Source of the DNA: Bacillales bacterium UBA4682
Lineage (GTDB): Bacteria > Bacillota_I > Bacilli_A > RFN20 > CAG-288
Length of the DNA: 64,000 nt
Reading direction: 5' to 3'
NCBI GenBank assembly: GCA_002404995.1
Contig: DHKY01000014.1
Coordinates: forward strand, 72,620 to 136,619
Position 1 is the first letter of the stretch. Each line of letters begins with the position of its first letter. Of the stretch, positions 1 through 8,531 are shown piece after piece. Position numbers and translations under genes: made by a program. The notes under the pieces are model-generated. The model was not told where the DNA came from. It did not search any database and saw only the letters and a program-made list of their open reading frames with translations.

Positions 1-245
1 CCTAAAAGGTTCGAAATAATCGGGTGGGAGTGATAACTCGTGATAGAAAACACAAGGATCAACCCATATCCTTCATTGATGCAGTAAGAGACCCGCTTTC
101 TTCCCTTAGTATTCGAAGGTTCGTTTTCACATACCCGGATGATATCGCTGCTGACTAAAGAGCGGAGAATCGAACTGACAGTGGCATTCGATAAGGATAG
201 CTTTTCTGCCAGTTCGGTACCGCTCCTCGGCTTTTCTCTCAGCAT
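1..245 (-). CDS. ROK-family (NagC/XylR-like) transcriptional regulator, N-terminal part; the gene continues beyond the window start
   Basis: Minus-strand reading from ATG at 245 gives MLREKPRSGTELAEKLSLSNATVSSILRSLVSSDIIRV..., a winged-HTH typical of ROK repressors. The ORF runs off the window edge. Confidence 0.55.
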   Translation of the reverse strand, partial: MLREKPRSGTELAEKLSLSNATVSSILRSLVSSDIIRVCENEPSNTKGRKRVSYCINEGYGLILVFSITSYHSHPIISNLL

Positions 246-311
246 GGATAAAACAAGTCGGTTATTCCTGATTCGAGCAATTGATTGATTTTTTCCTATT
301 GTTTCGTTCAT

Positions 312-3300
312 TTAGTTTTTTTGGCCTATCCTGTTAATATTATATCCGTTATAGGTACAATACTTAATATTGCTAGACCAGCTTCTGCCAATCAAACCGC
401 CAAGAGCCGTCGAATGGTTGAATGGTGTGTCATCACCGGAAACAACGGAAGAACCAAAGGCATTGATATTACGAACCTTAGCAGAATCACCTACAAAGGC
501 AGAAAGAACACCTGTAAAATTGCCGCCTGCTTTATTAATAGTGCAATTTTCGAAATTGATGTCCTGAACTACAGCCTGGATACCCTCACCGCCGATCTGA
601 CGGAAGAATCCATCACACCAGCTGGAGCCATCTTTTTGAATTGTAACATTCTTGATAGTATGGTTAAGACCATAGAACTGTCCGTTAAAGATTACACCAT
701 CTTCACTGCCATCGAGTCCATTTCCGATGGCGTGGAAATCAACCCCCGTAAAATCAAGATCGCAGGTGAGAGCATAGACAGCAGAGCGTGACCTATTGTC
801 CATAAGATCCGAATGTGCCAGTCCGTCTACCGCAAAGTACTTATTGAAGTCTTCCCTTGAAGATATCTTCTTATAGCCGTTTGCACCAAAGCAATTATTG
901 AGCCATGCTTCATCCACTTTGTCTTCGCTAGTTAAGGTTGCAAACAATCTATAAACGTTATTATTAGAATCAACAACTTTTATTGAGTGCTGAACATCCG
1001 TATCTGTAATGGACGTTTTCTTTAAAGACAAAGTATGATCAGCAAGAGTATAATCACTGCTCAGGACCTGTTTTCCATCCATTGTGATGCTGCTGATGGA
1101 ATCAGAAATGCCATCGATAATATAGGTAAAGTCAGAAGTATCATTTCCGTAATGGACTACATTTGAACCTTTAACAGCAGTCAGCTTCTTAACCGTGAAA
1201 GTCTTTTCAGCGGTTTCACCAATGGCAGATGCTGTAACCTTGATATCAAGTCCATCCGGGCAATCGTCTTTGACTGTCAGCTTGTTACCAGTCAAGGTGA
1301 AATAGCAGGATTTCCAGGCCACAGAAGTAGAAGCAGTAAAACTTGCTTCAAGTGTACTCCTAGGAGTGGTAGCCGTCTTTAATTCAATCGTGTCACCTGC
1401 AGTGATTACATCTTCGGTATTGGAGATTACAAGTCCACTAATGGAATCATAGACTAGAATGGAAGCGCTGGCCGTGATATCCACTCCGTATTCTTCAAGC
1501 TTTAAGGTTGCCTTGATGCTAAGAGTAGCTCCTTCCTTTGGAACAGCAAGTTCAGCTAAAGACAAGGACTTGTCTTCTATCTTGGCACCATAAGCATCTC
1601 CTTCAATGCTATAAGTCACCTGAGTATTGTATTCGGTCTGTCTTTCCTCTGGCTTGATGTTCCTGGATAGAGGTACTATCTCTCCTTTCAGTGCATAATC
1701 CGGAAGCGCTGAGAACTTGAAATATCCTGGAGTATGCGGAATCGATAGAGTCTTTAAGGTAGGAAGCTCATTTTCATTCCAAGAAAAATAGCGATTCGGG
1801 AGCGAAGAGTAATCGTAGGATTTCCTTTCCTCTAGGGTGGCAAAAACCTTTCCCGCAGTCTCATTTGTCACTTCCGAATTGTTGCTATATCCGAAAATCT
1901 GTCCCTCGCCTAAGGCGAAGCAGTTCTTAATCGATCCATCCGTCTCATTTAAACCGACAAGAAGGCCGCTTTGCTTCCAAGAAAGGTCCGGGTCCAAGTT
2001 TCCTTTGACTTGATCACTGATAGAGAAGCAGTTCTGAATCTGGCCATGATTAACAGAGCAGAGTACTCCTGTTGCATTCTGTCCCTCATTAATTAAGCTC
2101 ACATCTAAAACAACGTTTTCAATAGTTCCGCTATTGTTTCCGACTAAGGCACCCGACCAGGATTTAACTGTCTCAATTGCGCCCTGCAGTTTCAAGTTTT
2201 TGATGGTACCGGTGTTACGACCGAAGAGTCCGTTTACCGGAGCCATTCCGGAATAGGAGAAACCAGTTAAAGCATATCCGTTTCCGTTGAATGTGCCAGT
2301 GAAAGGAACATCATAGACACCATCATTGTAGGCACCGATTGGAGCCCAATCGCCTTTTGCTGAAATATAAGAAGACAGATCAATGTTGCAGCCAAGCGCA
2401 TAATAACCGCCTAAAGAGTTTTCCTTAAAGGAAGGAGTTTCTGTGGTGTAGTCTGGTTGGAAGATTGAGCCGAAGTCTTCAGCATTATAAAGAATCTTAT
2501 CCGCAATCGCCAAGGAAAGAGCAACCGTATTCCGTTTGGTTGTAACCTTGAAATTATGTTCTCCGGAAGCAAGAGTAGAAAGATACAAAGCAGGAATCTT
2601 CACCGTCTTCGTCTGCTTATCATAGGAAAATCCATTCACTTCCTGGATAACGCCATCCACAAGCAGTTTGACATCTGCCCTTTCCGTTTCCGCTTCAGCA
2701 GTTGAATTACCATTGAAATTCAGAGTGAAATAAGCGTCTTCCTTTGCACCTTTTTCAAGAATGACTTCAGAGTCCGAGGTGATGATATGGTCCTTCCTTA
2801 CAATAAATCCTTTTTCCTTGGTTTCTCCCTGACTCTCAGCGATTACAACAAAACGGGTTCCGTCAGCAACAGAGGAAGAAAAGCTGACTCTTCCGGTCTC
2901 AGCATTGATGCTAATTCCGCTGATATCTTCTTTCAGAGAATAGCTGACCGCATATTCTCTTCCCTTTTCTGTTTTTGCAGAACAAAGTACTGTGTCTCCA
3001 TCGACAAGGTATTCGCTGACATTTAGGAAGGTAAGAACTGGTTTCTCCTGTTGCCTGACAAACTTGACAACAGTCGTAGCCGTCTTGCCGTTATAGGTAG
3101 CAATATAGACTTTCTCCGGTATCGGGTTTGAGAAAGCATCGAAGTCGATTTCTCCAGTCGCAGAATTGAGAGTGACTCCTTCTGGCGTTCCTCCTTGGAA
3201 AGAATAAGTAACGCCTTGAACGTTTTCCTTTACGGTGACCTTGTCCTTTGGATTGACTTGATAAGATTCCTTCTCGAAACTGATGGACTCTTCTACCTTC

Positions 3301-3416
3301 TCGCTTGCGGAAGGTTTGTCTTGACTGGAAGTCGGAACAGACTCACTAGTCCCACCCTTACAGCCAGTAACCAGCAACAGCCCTGCACTCGCCAAGAAAA
3401 CCAATGACTTTTTCAT
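312..3416 (-). CDS. Large surface lipoprotein with GLUG-motif beta-helix repeats and Ig-like regions
   Basis: Signal plus lipobox LLVTGCKGG. Repeated G-x-L-V-G-x-N-x-G-x-I-x-N motifs (GLFGRNTGTIKNLKL, GALVGNNSGTIENVVL, GLLVGLNETDGSIKNCF, GGLIGRSWSSNIKYCTY) are characteristic of the GLUG domain. 1034 aa. Stop overlaps start of the downstream permease gene. Confidence 0.6.
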   Translation of the reverse strand: MKKSLVFLASAGLLLVTGCKGGTSESVPTSSQDKPSASEKVEESISFEKESYQVNPKDKVTVKENVQGVTYSFQGGTPEGVTLNSATGEIDFDAFSNPIPEKVYIATYNGKTATTVVKFVRQQEKPVLTFLNVSEYLVDGDTVLCSAKTEKGREYAVSYSLKEDISGISINAETGRVSFSSSVADGTRFVVIAESQGETKEKGFIVRKDHIITSDSEVILEKGAKEDAYFTLNFNGNSTAEAETERADVKLLVDGVIQEVNGFSYDKQTKTVKIPALYLSTLASGEHNFKVTTKRNTVALSLAIADKILYNAEDFGSIFQPDYTTETPSFKENSLGGYYALGCNIDLSSYISAKGDWAPIGAYNDGVYDVPFTGTFNGNGYALTGFSYSGMAPVNGLFGRNTGTIKNLKLQGAIETVKSWSGALVGNNSGTIENVVLDVSLINEGQNATGVLCSVNHGQIQNCFSISDQVKGNLDPDLSWKQSGLLVGLNETDGSIKNCFALGEGQIFGYSNNSEVTNETAGKVFATLEERKSYDYSSLPNRYFSWNENELPTLKTLSIPHTPGYFKFSALPDYALKGEIVPLSRNIKPEERQTEYNTQVTYSIEGDAYGAKIEDKSLSLAELAVPKEGATLSIKATLKLEEYGVDITASASILVYDSISGLVISNTEDVITAGDTIELKTATTPRSTLEASFTASTSVAWKSCYFTLTGNKLTVKDDCPDGLDIKVTASAIGETAEKTFTVKKLTAVKGSNVVHYGNDTSDFTYIIDGISDSISSITMDGKQVLSSDYTLADHTLSLKKTSITDTDVQHSIKVVDSNNNVYRLFATLTSEDKVDEAWLNNCFGANGYKKISSREDFNKYFAVDGLAHSDLMDNRSRSAVYALTCDLDFTGVDFHAIGNGLDGSEDGVIFNGQFYGLNHTIKNVTIQKDGSSWCDGFFRQIGGEGIQAVVQDINFENCTINKAGGNFTGVLSAFVGDSAKVRNINAFGSSVVSGDDTPFNHSTALGGLIGRSWSSNIKYCTYNGYNINRIGQKN

Positions 3417-4327
3417 CCTTTTAATCCTCCTGCATTAGTATTTTCTATAATCTTCTTCTGGAAACAGGAATAAAGAATCAGAACTGGAATCAAGGCGATG
3501 ATGACGGTTGAAAACCTCCTTGGGTAGTTTCCATCACCCCTGAATTCGCTCTGAAGCTCATAAATGCCGACAGCCAAAGTATAATGGCTTGGCATGAAAA
3601 GATACGGGGTCGAATAGTCGTTCCATAACGCAATGGCCTGAAGGATCGAGCAGGCAATAATCGGACCTTTTGCCATCGGAAGCCTGATTTTGAAGAAAAT
3701 AGAGAAACGATTCGCACCATCCCTGCCTGCAGCTTCCGCATAAGACCAGCTAATCGACTTAAAAGCAGAATACAACCTAATGAAATTGAAGCCAAAGCAT
3801 CCTGAATACAGGAAGATGACACCGAAGAAAGAATCATCAAGATGAAGGAATTCCCTCCTGTTTACCTGTGCAGGGAGCGTGCCCACGATTGGAACAACCC
3901 TAGCAAAGATCGCCACGGCATATATAATATCTCGGCCCGGGAATTTATACTTAGCAAGAACATAGGCCGCTACAGCGGAGAAAAAGACGTTGACAACTGT
4001 TCCAACTAATGTGGTAAGGCAAGACCATAAGAACCTTTCCCAGATTGTCTCTTCAGTGCCACCGATTGTCACCACTTTGTATTGGAGGATTTCAATGAAG
4101 TTTAAGCCCTCGAATTGGCGCGGGAATCCCCAGACATTGCCGGAATTGAAATCCTGGTTTGTCTTAAAGGAGTTCAAGAGCATCCAGATAAAAGGAATGC
4201 AGAGCGTCAGGGCATAGACGAGGAAAATAACAAAGACTACCCATTTCGTTGTCTGATAAGAAACGCTACGTTTTGGTTTAGATCCACCATTCTGCTTTGA
4301 AGCAGAAATGTTCTCTATCTTTAGCAT
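3413..4327 (-). CDS. Carbohydrate ABC transporter permease (CUT1, LplC/MalG-like)
   Basis: Six predicted TM segments. EAA loop AEAAGRDGANRFSIFFKIRLPMAKGP. Start codon overlaps stop of upstream permease (TAATG). Confidence 0.8.
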   Translation of the reverse strand: MLKIENISASKQNGGSKPKRSVSYQTTKWVVFVIFLVYALTLCIPFIWMLLNSFKTNQDFNSGNVWGFPRQFEGLNFIEILQYKVVTIGGTEETIWERFLWSCLTTLVGTVVNVFFSAVAAYVLAKYKFPGRDIIYAVAIFARVVPIVGTLPAQVNRREFLHLDDSFFGVIFLYSGCFGFNFIRLYSAFKSISWSYAEAAGRDGANRFSIFFKIRLPMAKGPIIACSILQAIALWNDYSTPYLFMPSHYTLAVGIYELQSEFRGDGNYPRRFSTVIIALIPVLILYSCFQKKIIENTNAGGLKG

Positions 4328-5328
4328 TAGTAATCAACCTCACTGTATTTCTTCGACCTGAGTTTTCTTGTCAGAAGAATAACAGGCGACCAGATAGCAG
4401 AAAAGATAAGTCCTTTTGCAGCTGCTTCGCATAAATCTTTCGGATTGCGTGATTCCACAGAGTCCCAGATTTGTAAGGAAATGGTCCAGGTATTCCCCTC
4501 GCCCCCAGTCAGGAAAAGCGGCTGGAGATAGAGAGTAAGAACATTGGTCCTTCCTAAGATGACAAGAGTAACGACAGTCGGCCAGATCCTTGGAACAACG
4601 ATGTGAAAGAATTCTTTGAAATATCCGCAATTATCGATTTTTGCCGATTCAAGCAACTCTTTTGGAATACGCCCGATTGCACCAGAAAGAAGAATAATGT
4701 TGTAACCAAGTCCAGCCCATATACAATAGAGATAAACAATAATCTGGGACATCGGGTAGACTTTCGCAGCACTTTCAGAAATGCCAAGCGCTTTAACCAA
4801 TGGATAAAGATATCCGACATTTGGCTGGTAGGCCATCTTAAAAGCAAAGGTCAATACAACTACAGGAATAATATTTGGAAGGAAGAAGATAATCCGGAAA
4901 AGGTTAGCAAGGGGCATCTTCTTCGAGAGGAAGTAAGAAAATAACCTGCTAAGTGGAAGAGAAATAAAGATAGTAATCAAAGCAAATCCTAACGAGTTAA
5001 GAATAATGACCGATGAGTTGTTCAGCCAAGAAACACCGGTCGTATTAGCATAGTTATGGAAAGAGTCATACCAGACTCTTCCTAAAGTTTCGAATCCGAC
5101 CCACTGGTATCCGTTTATCGTGCCTTTCTGGAAGGCCAGAAGCAAAGAACGGATATTTACAAAGCTCCAAGTAAAGATAAACTGGGCAAGAGGATAGAGA
5201 AGCATGAGAAAAACAAAAAGATAATCCCGTTTTTTCTTGGTCAGTCTAGACCGGTTGTTTTTCAGAGGAGAAGAAACAAGAACAAGCTTTTCTTCGCTGG
5301 TATCCCTTGTCGGTATGATGCTTTTCAT
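4327..5328 (-). CDS. Carbohydrate ABC transporter permease (LplB/MalF-like)
   Basis: N-terminal KKKRDYLFVFLMLLYP typical of LplB-type permeases. EAA-like loop ESAKIDNCGYFKEFFHIVVPRIWP. Multiple TM segments. Confidence 0.8.
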   Translation of the reverse strand: MKSIIPTRDTSEEKLVLVSSPLKNNRSRLTKKKRDYLFVFLMLLYPLAQFIFTWSFVNIRSLLLAFQKGTINGYQWVGFETLGRVWYDSFHNYANTTGVSWLNNSSVIILNSLGFALITIFISLPLSRLFSYFLSKKMPLANLFRIIFFLPNIIPVVVLTFAFKMAYQPNVGYLYPLVKALGISESAAKVYPMSQIIVYLYCIWAGLGYNIILLSGAIGRIPKELLESAKIDNCGYFKEFFHIVVPRIWPTVVTLVILGRTNVLTLYLQPLFLTGGEGNTWTISLQIWDSVESRNPKDLCEAAAKGLIFSAIWSPVILLTRKLRSKKYSEVDY

Positions 5329-5329
5329 T

Positions 5330-6820
5330 TTATTTTGCCGTTACGCTGAAGTCATCCAGCCTGATTTTGTTGCCATCGCCTGCGGAACGCACCTCAATAC
5401 GGATCTTCTCCGTTCCTTCGGGAGCTTTCAGACTCCCCTTAAACACTTTGCTTTCTAAAGAATTCACATTTACAGACGAAGTACCGAGAGGCGTTTCTTC
5501 ATTTGCCCCATAATACTGGAAAGATACCACACCGCCTTTTTCTCCTTCGGTCTTAGACTTGAATTCATAATCGAATTCATAACCATCATAGACGGCTTCA
5601 ATATTCTGACGAAGGACACCTCCATCCTTAACAAAAGCAGAATAAGTCTGATTCCTCGTCCCATTTTCAATCCAGCAAACTTCTTTCTGTGCTTTTTTCT
5701 CGCTGACTTTCTTAGTAAAAGTCCATCCCCGGCTCTTTAACGCCGAGTCGTATACAGAAGCCGAGGAAGAATCCAGTTTGCCGGCATATTCGAAATCACC
5801 ATTGCTGACTTTATTCGAAACAGGTGTCTTTATCGGTTTCTTTTGATAAACAGAATCGGGAGCTGCAGACAAGGAACCTGAAGGAATGGCATCGTAGTCC
5901 GTGTAAGGCTGATTCTTAAATGGATTGTACTTGATATAATCAACAAACCTGTAGTCTCTTTCAAAGGCTGCATTGCCTGTAAAGCCGTTTGGAAACCATA
6001 CACCCACCCAGAGTCTTCCAGCCAAAGTCGGTACAAAAGTCGTCGATATATTTGTTATCTTTCCATCGCAGAAATAGACTACCATCCCTGGATCTGTATA
6101 CCAGTCAAACCCGAAAGTATGCCACTGATTATCGTTATAAGCGACCGAATTCTGATTTGTTTCAGAAATATCAGCCTCGATAGAATCACTTGCTTTTTCT
6201 GTAATCCAATTTGTATACAAGGCTTTCTTATAAGTTATCTTTCCGGACTTGGACCCACCAGGGAGTTCAACATCGATTTCTGCATTTTCGTTTTCGCTTT
6301 CTCCTTCGACTGGACGATTGCCATACGTCCAGAAGGCCGTGCATGCCCCAATCCGAGGATGAACCTTCCTTTTGATTTCATAATGTCCAGGAAGAGCTTT
6401 GAAATTAGAAATAAGGGAAGCACCGCATTTTCTTCCATCCTTGTACTGACCGAAACTTTCAATCTCGCCTTTACTGTAGTAAAGTCCATTTCCACCTAAA
6501 GCAAGATTACCGTCCTCTGTAATAGAAACGTTTTCAGGGGAAACTCCTCCATTATTTACACCCCAATAGCCTTTTAAAACCTGCCAATTCTTTTTCTCCA
6601 GACTATCAAACCCATCATAAAACCCATTGACGACATCTTCTTCAACATTCTCCAGTCTATGGTAATCATCGCCGACATGGAATCCTACACTCCCGTTCTG
6701 AGAAGCAGAATCCTCATTCGAATGTTTTTCCTGTGAAACAGAAGATGTCTCTCCACAGGAGGGAAGAGTACAAGAGAGTAGCATAAGGGGAATCAACCAG
6801 GTTTTGATATATTTTTTCAT
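5330..6820 (-). CDS. Glycoside hydrolase family 16 (beta-glucanase/laminarinase-like) lipoprotein with C-terminal extra domain
   Basis: Lipobox LLSCTLPSCGE. GH16 catalytic motif E-I-D-V-E in ENAEIDVELPGG. Beta-jelly-roll-like composition. Confidence 0.65.
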   Translation of the reverse strand: MKKYIKTWLIPLMLLSCTLPSCGETSSVSQEKHSNEDSASQNGSVGFHVGDDYHRLENVEEDVVNGFYDGFDSLEKKNWQVLKGYWGVNNGGVSPENVSITEDGNLALGGNGLYYSKGEIESFGQYKDGRKCGASLISNFKALPGHYEIKRKVHPRIGACTAFWTYGNRPVEGESENENAEIDVELPGGSKSGKITYKKALYTNWITEKASDSIEADISETNQNSVAYNDNQWHTFGFDWYTDPGMVVYFCDGKITNISTTFVPTLAGRLWVGVWFPNGFTGNAAFERDYRFVDYIKYNPFKNQPYTDYDAIPSGSLSAAPDSVYQKKPIKTPVSNKVSNGDFEYAGKLDSSSASVYDSALKSRGWTFTKKVSEKKAQKEVCWIENGTRNQTYSAFVKDGGVLRQNIEAVYDGYEFDYEFKSKTEGEKGGVVSFQYYGANEETPLGTSSVNVNSLESKVFKGSLKAPEGTEKIRIEVRSAGDGNKIRLDDFSVTAK

Positions 6821-6886
6821 AGCGCTTACATTATATAGCCAGAATTTCTGTCATACAAGTATTTTTTTATAAAGTGAACAAAAAGG

Positions 6887-6922
6887 TAATAAGCCAATGT
6901 CATCGCATTTACTGGCTTATTA
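6887..6922. promoter_or_regulatory. Imperfect inverted repeat (TAATAAGCCAATG ... ACTGGCTTATTA) in the divergent GH16/SBP intergenic region; candidate operator
   Basis: Seen directly in sequence. It lies between the divergently transcribed 5330-6820 and 7043-8482 genes. Confidence 0.25.
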
Positions 6923-7042
6923 TTCTATATATAATCAAGGGAAATCACGAAAATATTTATTTTATAAAATTTATTGCAAGCGGTTTCTATTGGCTTTACA
7001 ATTATATTGTCGTTTTTTCACTAACTGAAAAAGGAGACAAAA

Positions 7043-8482
7043 ATGAAAAAAACAAAAATCGGAAGGATCAGCATTCTATCTTTATCTCTGTTATCGGGAT
7101 GTGCGGGAGGAAAAACAAGCAGTAATGATACTCAAACTCTGAATGTCATCCTCTATGATGCAGGGTGGGGAAGTGAATGGCTCCAGGACGTGATTGACAA
7201 ATGGGAAAGCGAAAACGAAGGCTATAAAGTTAATCTAACTGCAAAGTATGAAGTCAAAACTCTAATCAATAAACACCTTTCATCCAAAAATAATCCTGAT
7301 GATTTATATATTGCTACTGACAGTGGATGGCGAAACTATGCTTATCAAGGAAAATTTGCTCCCTTAGATGACTTAAGGAGCGAAACTGTCGATGGAAGGA
7401 CAGTTGAAGAAAAGGTAAATGATGAATTCAAAAACACATTGAAACTGAACGTAAATAGTGAAGAACATGTTTATCGTCTTCCTTGGACAAGCGGATTTGG
7501 TGGTATCTATTACAACGCAAAGATGTTCGAGGAAAACAACTGGCAGGTCCCGACAACCACAAGTGAACTAACGGCCTTAGTAAAACAGATTCTAGAAAAC
7601 CCCGTCGAAGTCAAAGGCGATGACGCTGCAAGCGTAAAGCCATTCGTATTCACTGGGGATAATACAGATTACTTCGACTACGCCATCTTCAACTGGTGGA
7701 TGCAATTGGCCGGTTATGACAAAGTCAAAGATTTCTATAACTATTCCAGCGCTGAGAATTTCAATTATAAGAATTCCGACTCTGCCTATTCCTCTTTGAA
7801 GAAAGTCGTAGACTATTGGAAGACTCTCTTCGGGGATGTAACAATCAATACTGTAGATGATAACGGAAACCCGACAACAGAACAGGTATCTTCTTATATC
7901 AGCGGATCCTTATCCTACTCAAACCATGATGCACAACAGGATTTCTTCAATGGCAAGGCGGCAAGGATCTTTGATGGAGATTGGATTTATAATGAAACCC
8001 TCAAATACGGAACAAAACCTGAAGGTTTTGAAAGGAAACTGAGGAAAACGCCGGTCATCGATGGAGCCAAAGACACGGATGTCTCATATGTCATCGGAAG
8101 CGATCAATATATTGCCATCCCATCTTCTAGTAAGAAGCAGGCCTTAGCAAAGTCCTTCATCAAGACAAGGATCAGCAACTGGTCATTATCGAACTTCACC
8201 AATAAATCCCATGGCTTCCTAGCCTATAAAAACACTAACACTTCTTCCATCGATACTTCGAATCCTTATATCAGTTCCTATTTGGATAGGAAGAGTTCTG
8301 TGAAGAAAGCAGCGACAGATGACTCAAAAGCAGAAATCTACCTCAACGGATATATTTCCAACGCTTGGGTCACCAGCAGCAATCGTCCTTTCTTAGGGCT
8401 TCTGCAGCAAAGCTCTAAAACAGTCGAATCAAGCTTTGACACAATCTATAACGCTGCGAAAGACAGCTTCTCCCGCGCCTAA
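7043..8482 (+). CDS. Extracellular solute-binding lipoprotein of a sugar ABC transporter (large LplA-type SBP)
   Basis: RBS AAAGGAG upstream. Lipobox LSLLSGCAGG. 479 aa, a size typical of polysaccharide-oligomer binding proteins. Divergent from the permease operon. Confidence 0.65.
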   Translation: MKKTKIGRISILSLSLLSGCAGGKTSSNDTQTLNVILYDAGWGSEWLQDVIDKWESENEGYKVNLTAKYEVKTLINKHLSSKNNPDDLYIATDSGWRNYAYQGKFAPLDDLRSETVDGRTVEEKVNDEFKNTLKLNVNSEEHVYRLPWTSGFGGIYYNAKMFEENNWQVPTTTSELTALVKQILENPVEVKGDDAASVKPFVFTGDNTDYFDYAIFNWWMQLAGYDKVKDFYNYSSAENFNYKNSDSAYSSLKKVVDYWKTLFGDVTINTVDDNGNPTTEQVSSYISGSLSYSNHDAQQDFFNGKAARIFDGDWIYNETLKYGTKPEGFERKLRKTPVIDGAKDTDVSYVIGSDQYIAIPSSSKKQALAKSFIKTRISNWSLSNFTNKSHGFLAYKNTNTSSIDTSNPYISSYLDRKSSVKKAATDDSKAEIYLNGYISNAWVTSSNRPFLGLLQQSSKTVESSFDTIYNAAKDSFSRA

Positions 8483-8504
8483 ATCTGAAACGGAACAAAA
8501 GAAA

Positions 8505-8531
8505 GACCTGCCGGCAAGGCAGGTCTTTTTT
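8505..8531. terminator. Bidirectional rho-independent terminator
   Basis: Perfect hairpin GACCTGCC-GGCAA-GGCAGGTC followed by a T6 run, between convergent genes. Confidence 0.7.

Noticed and set aside
285-791. 168-aa plus-strand ORF, and many other 60-160-aa ORFs on the opposite strand of long genes (for example 14261-14551, 23522-23728, 32139-32624, 36439-36906, 40750-41196, 44683-45552)
   Set aside because: They are fully embedded antisense to, or out of frame with, long well-supported genes. They have no RBS and a biased, low-complexity composition. I treat them as non-coding shadow ORFs.
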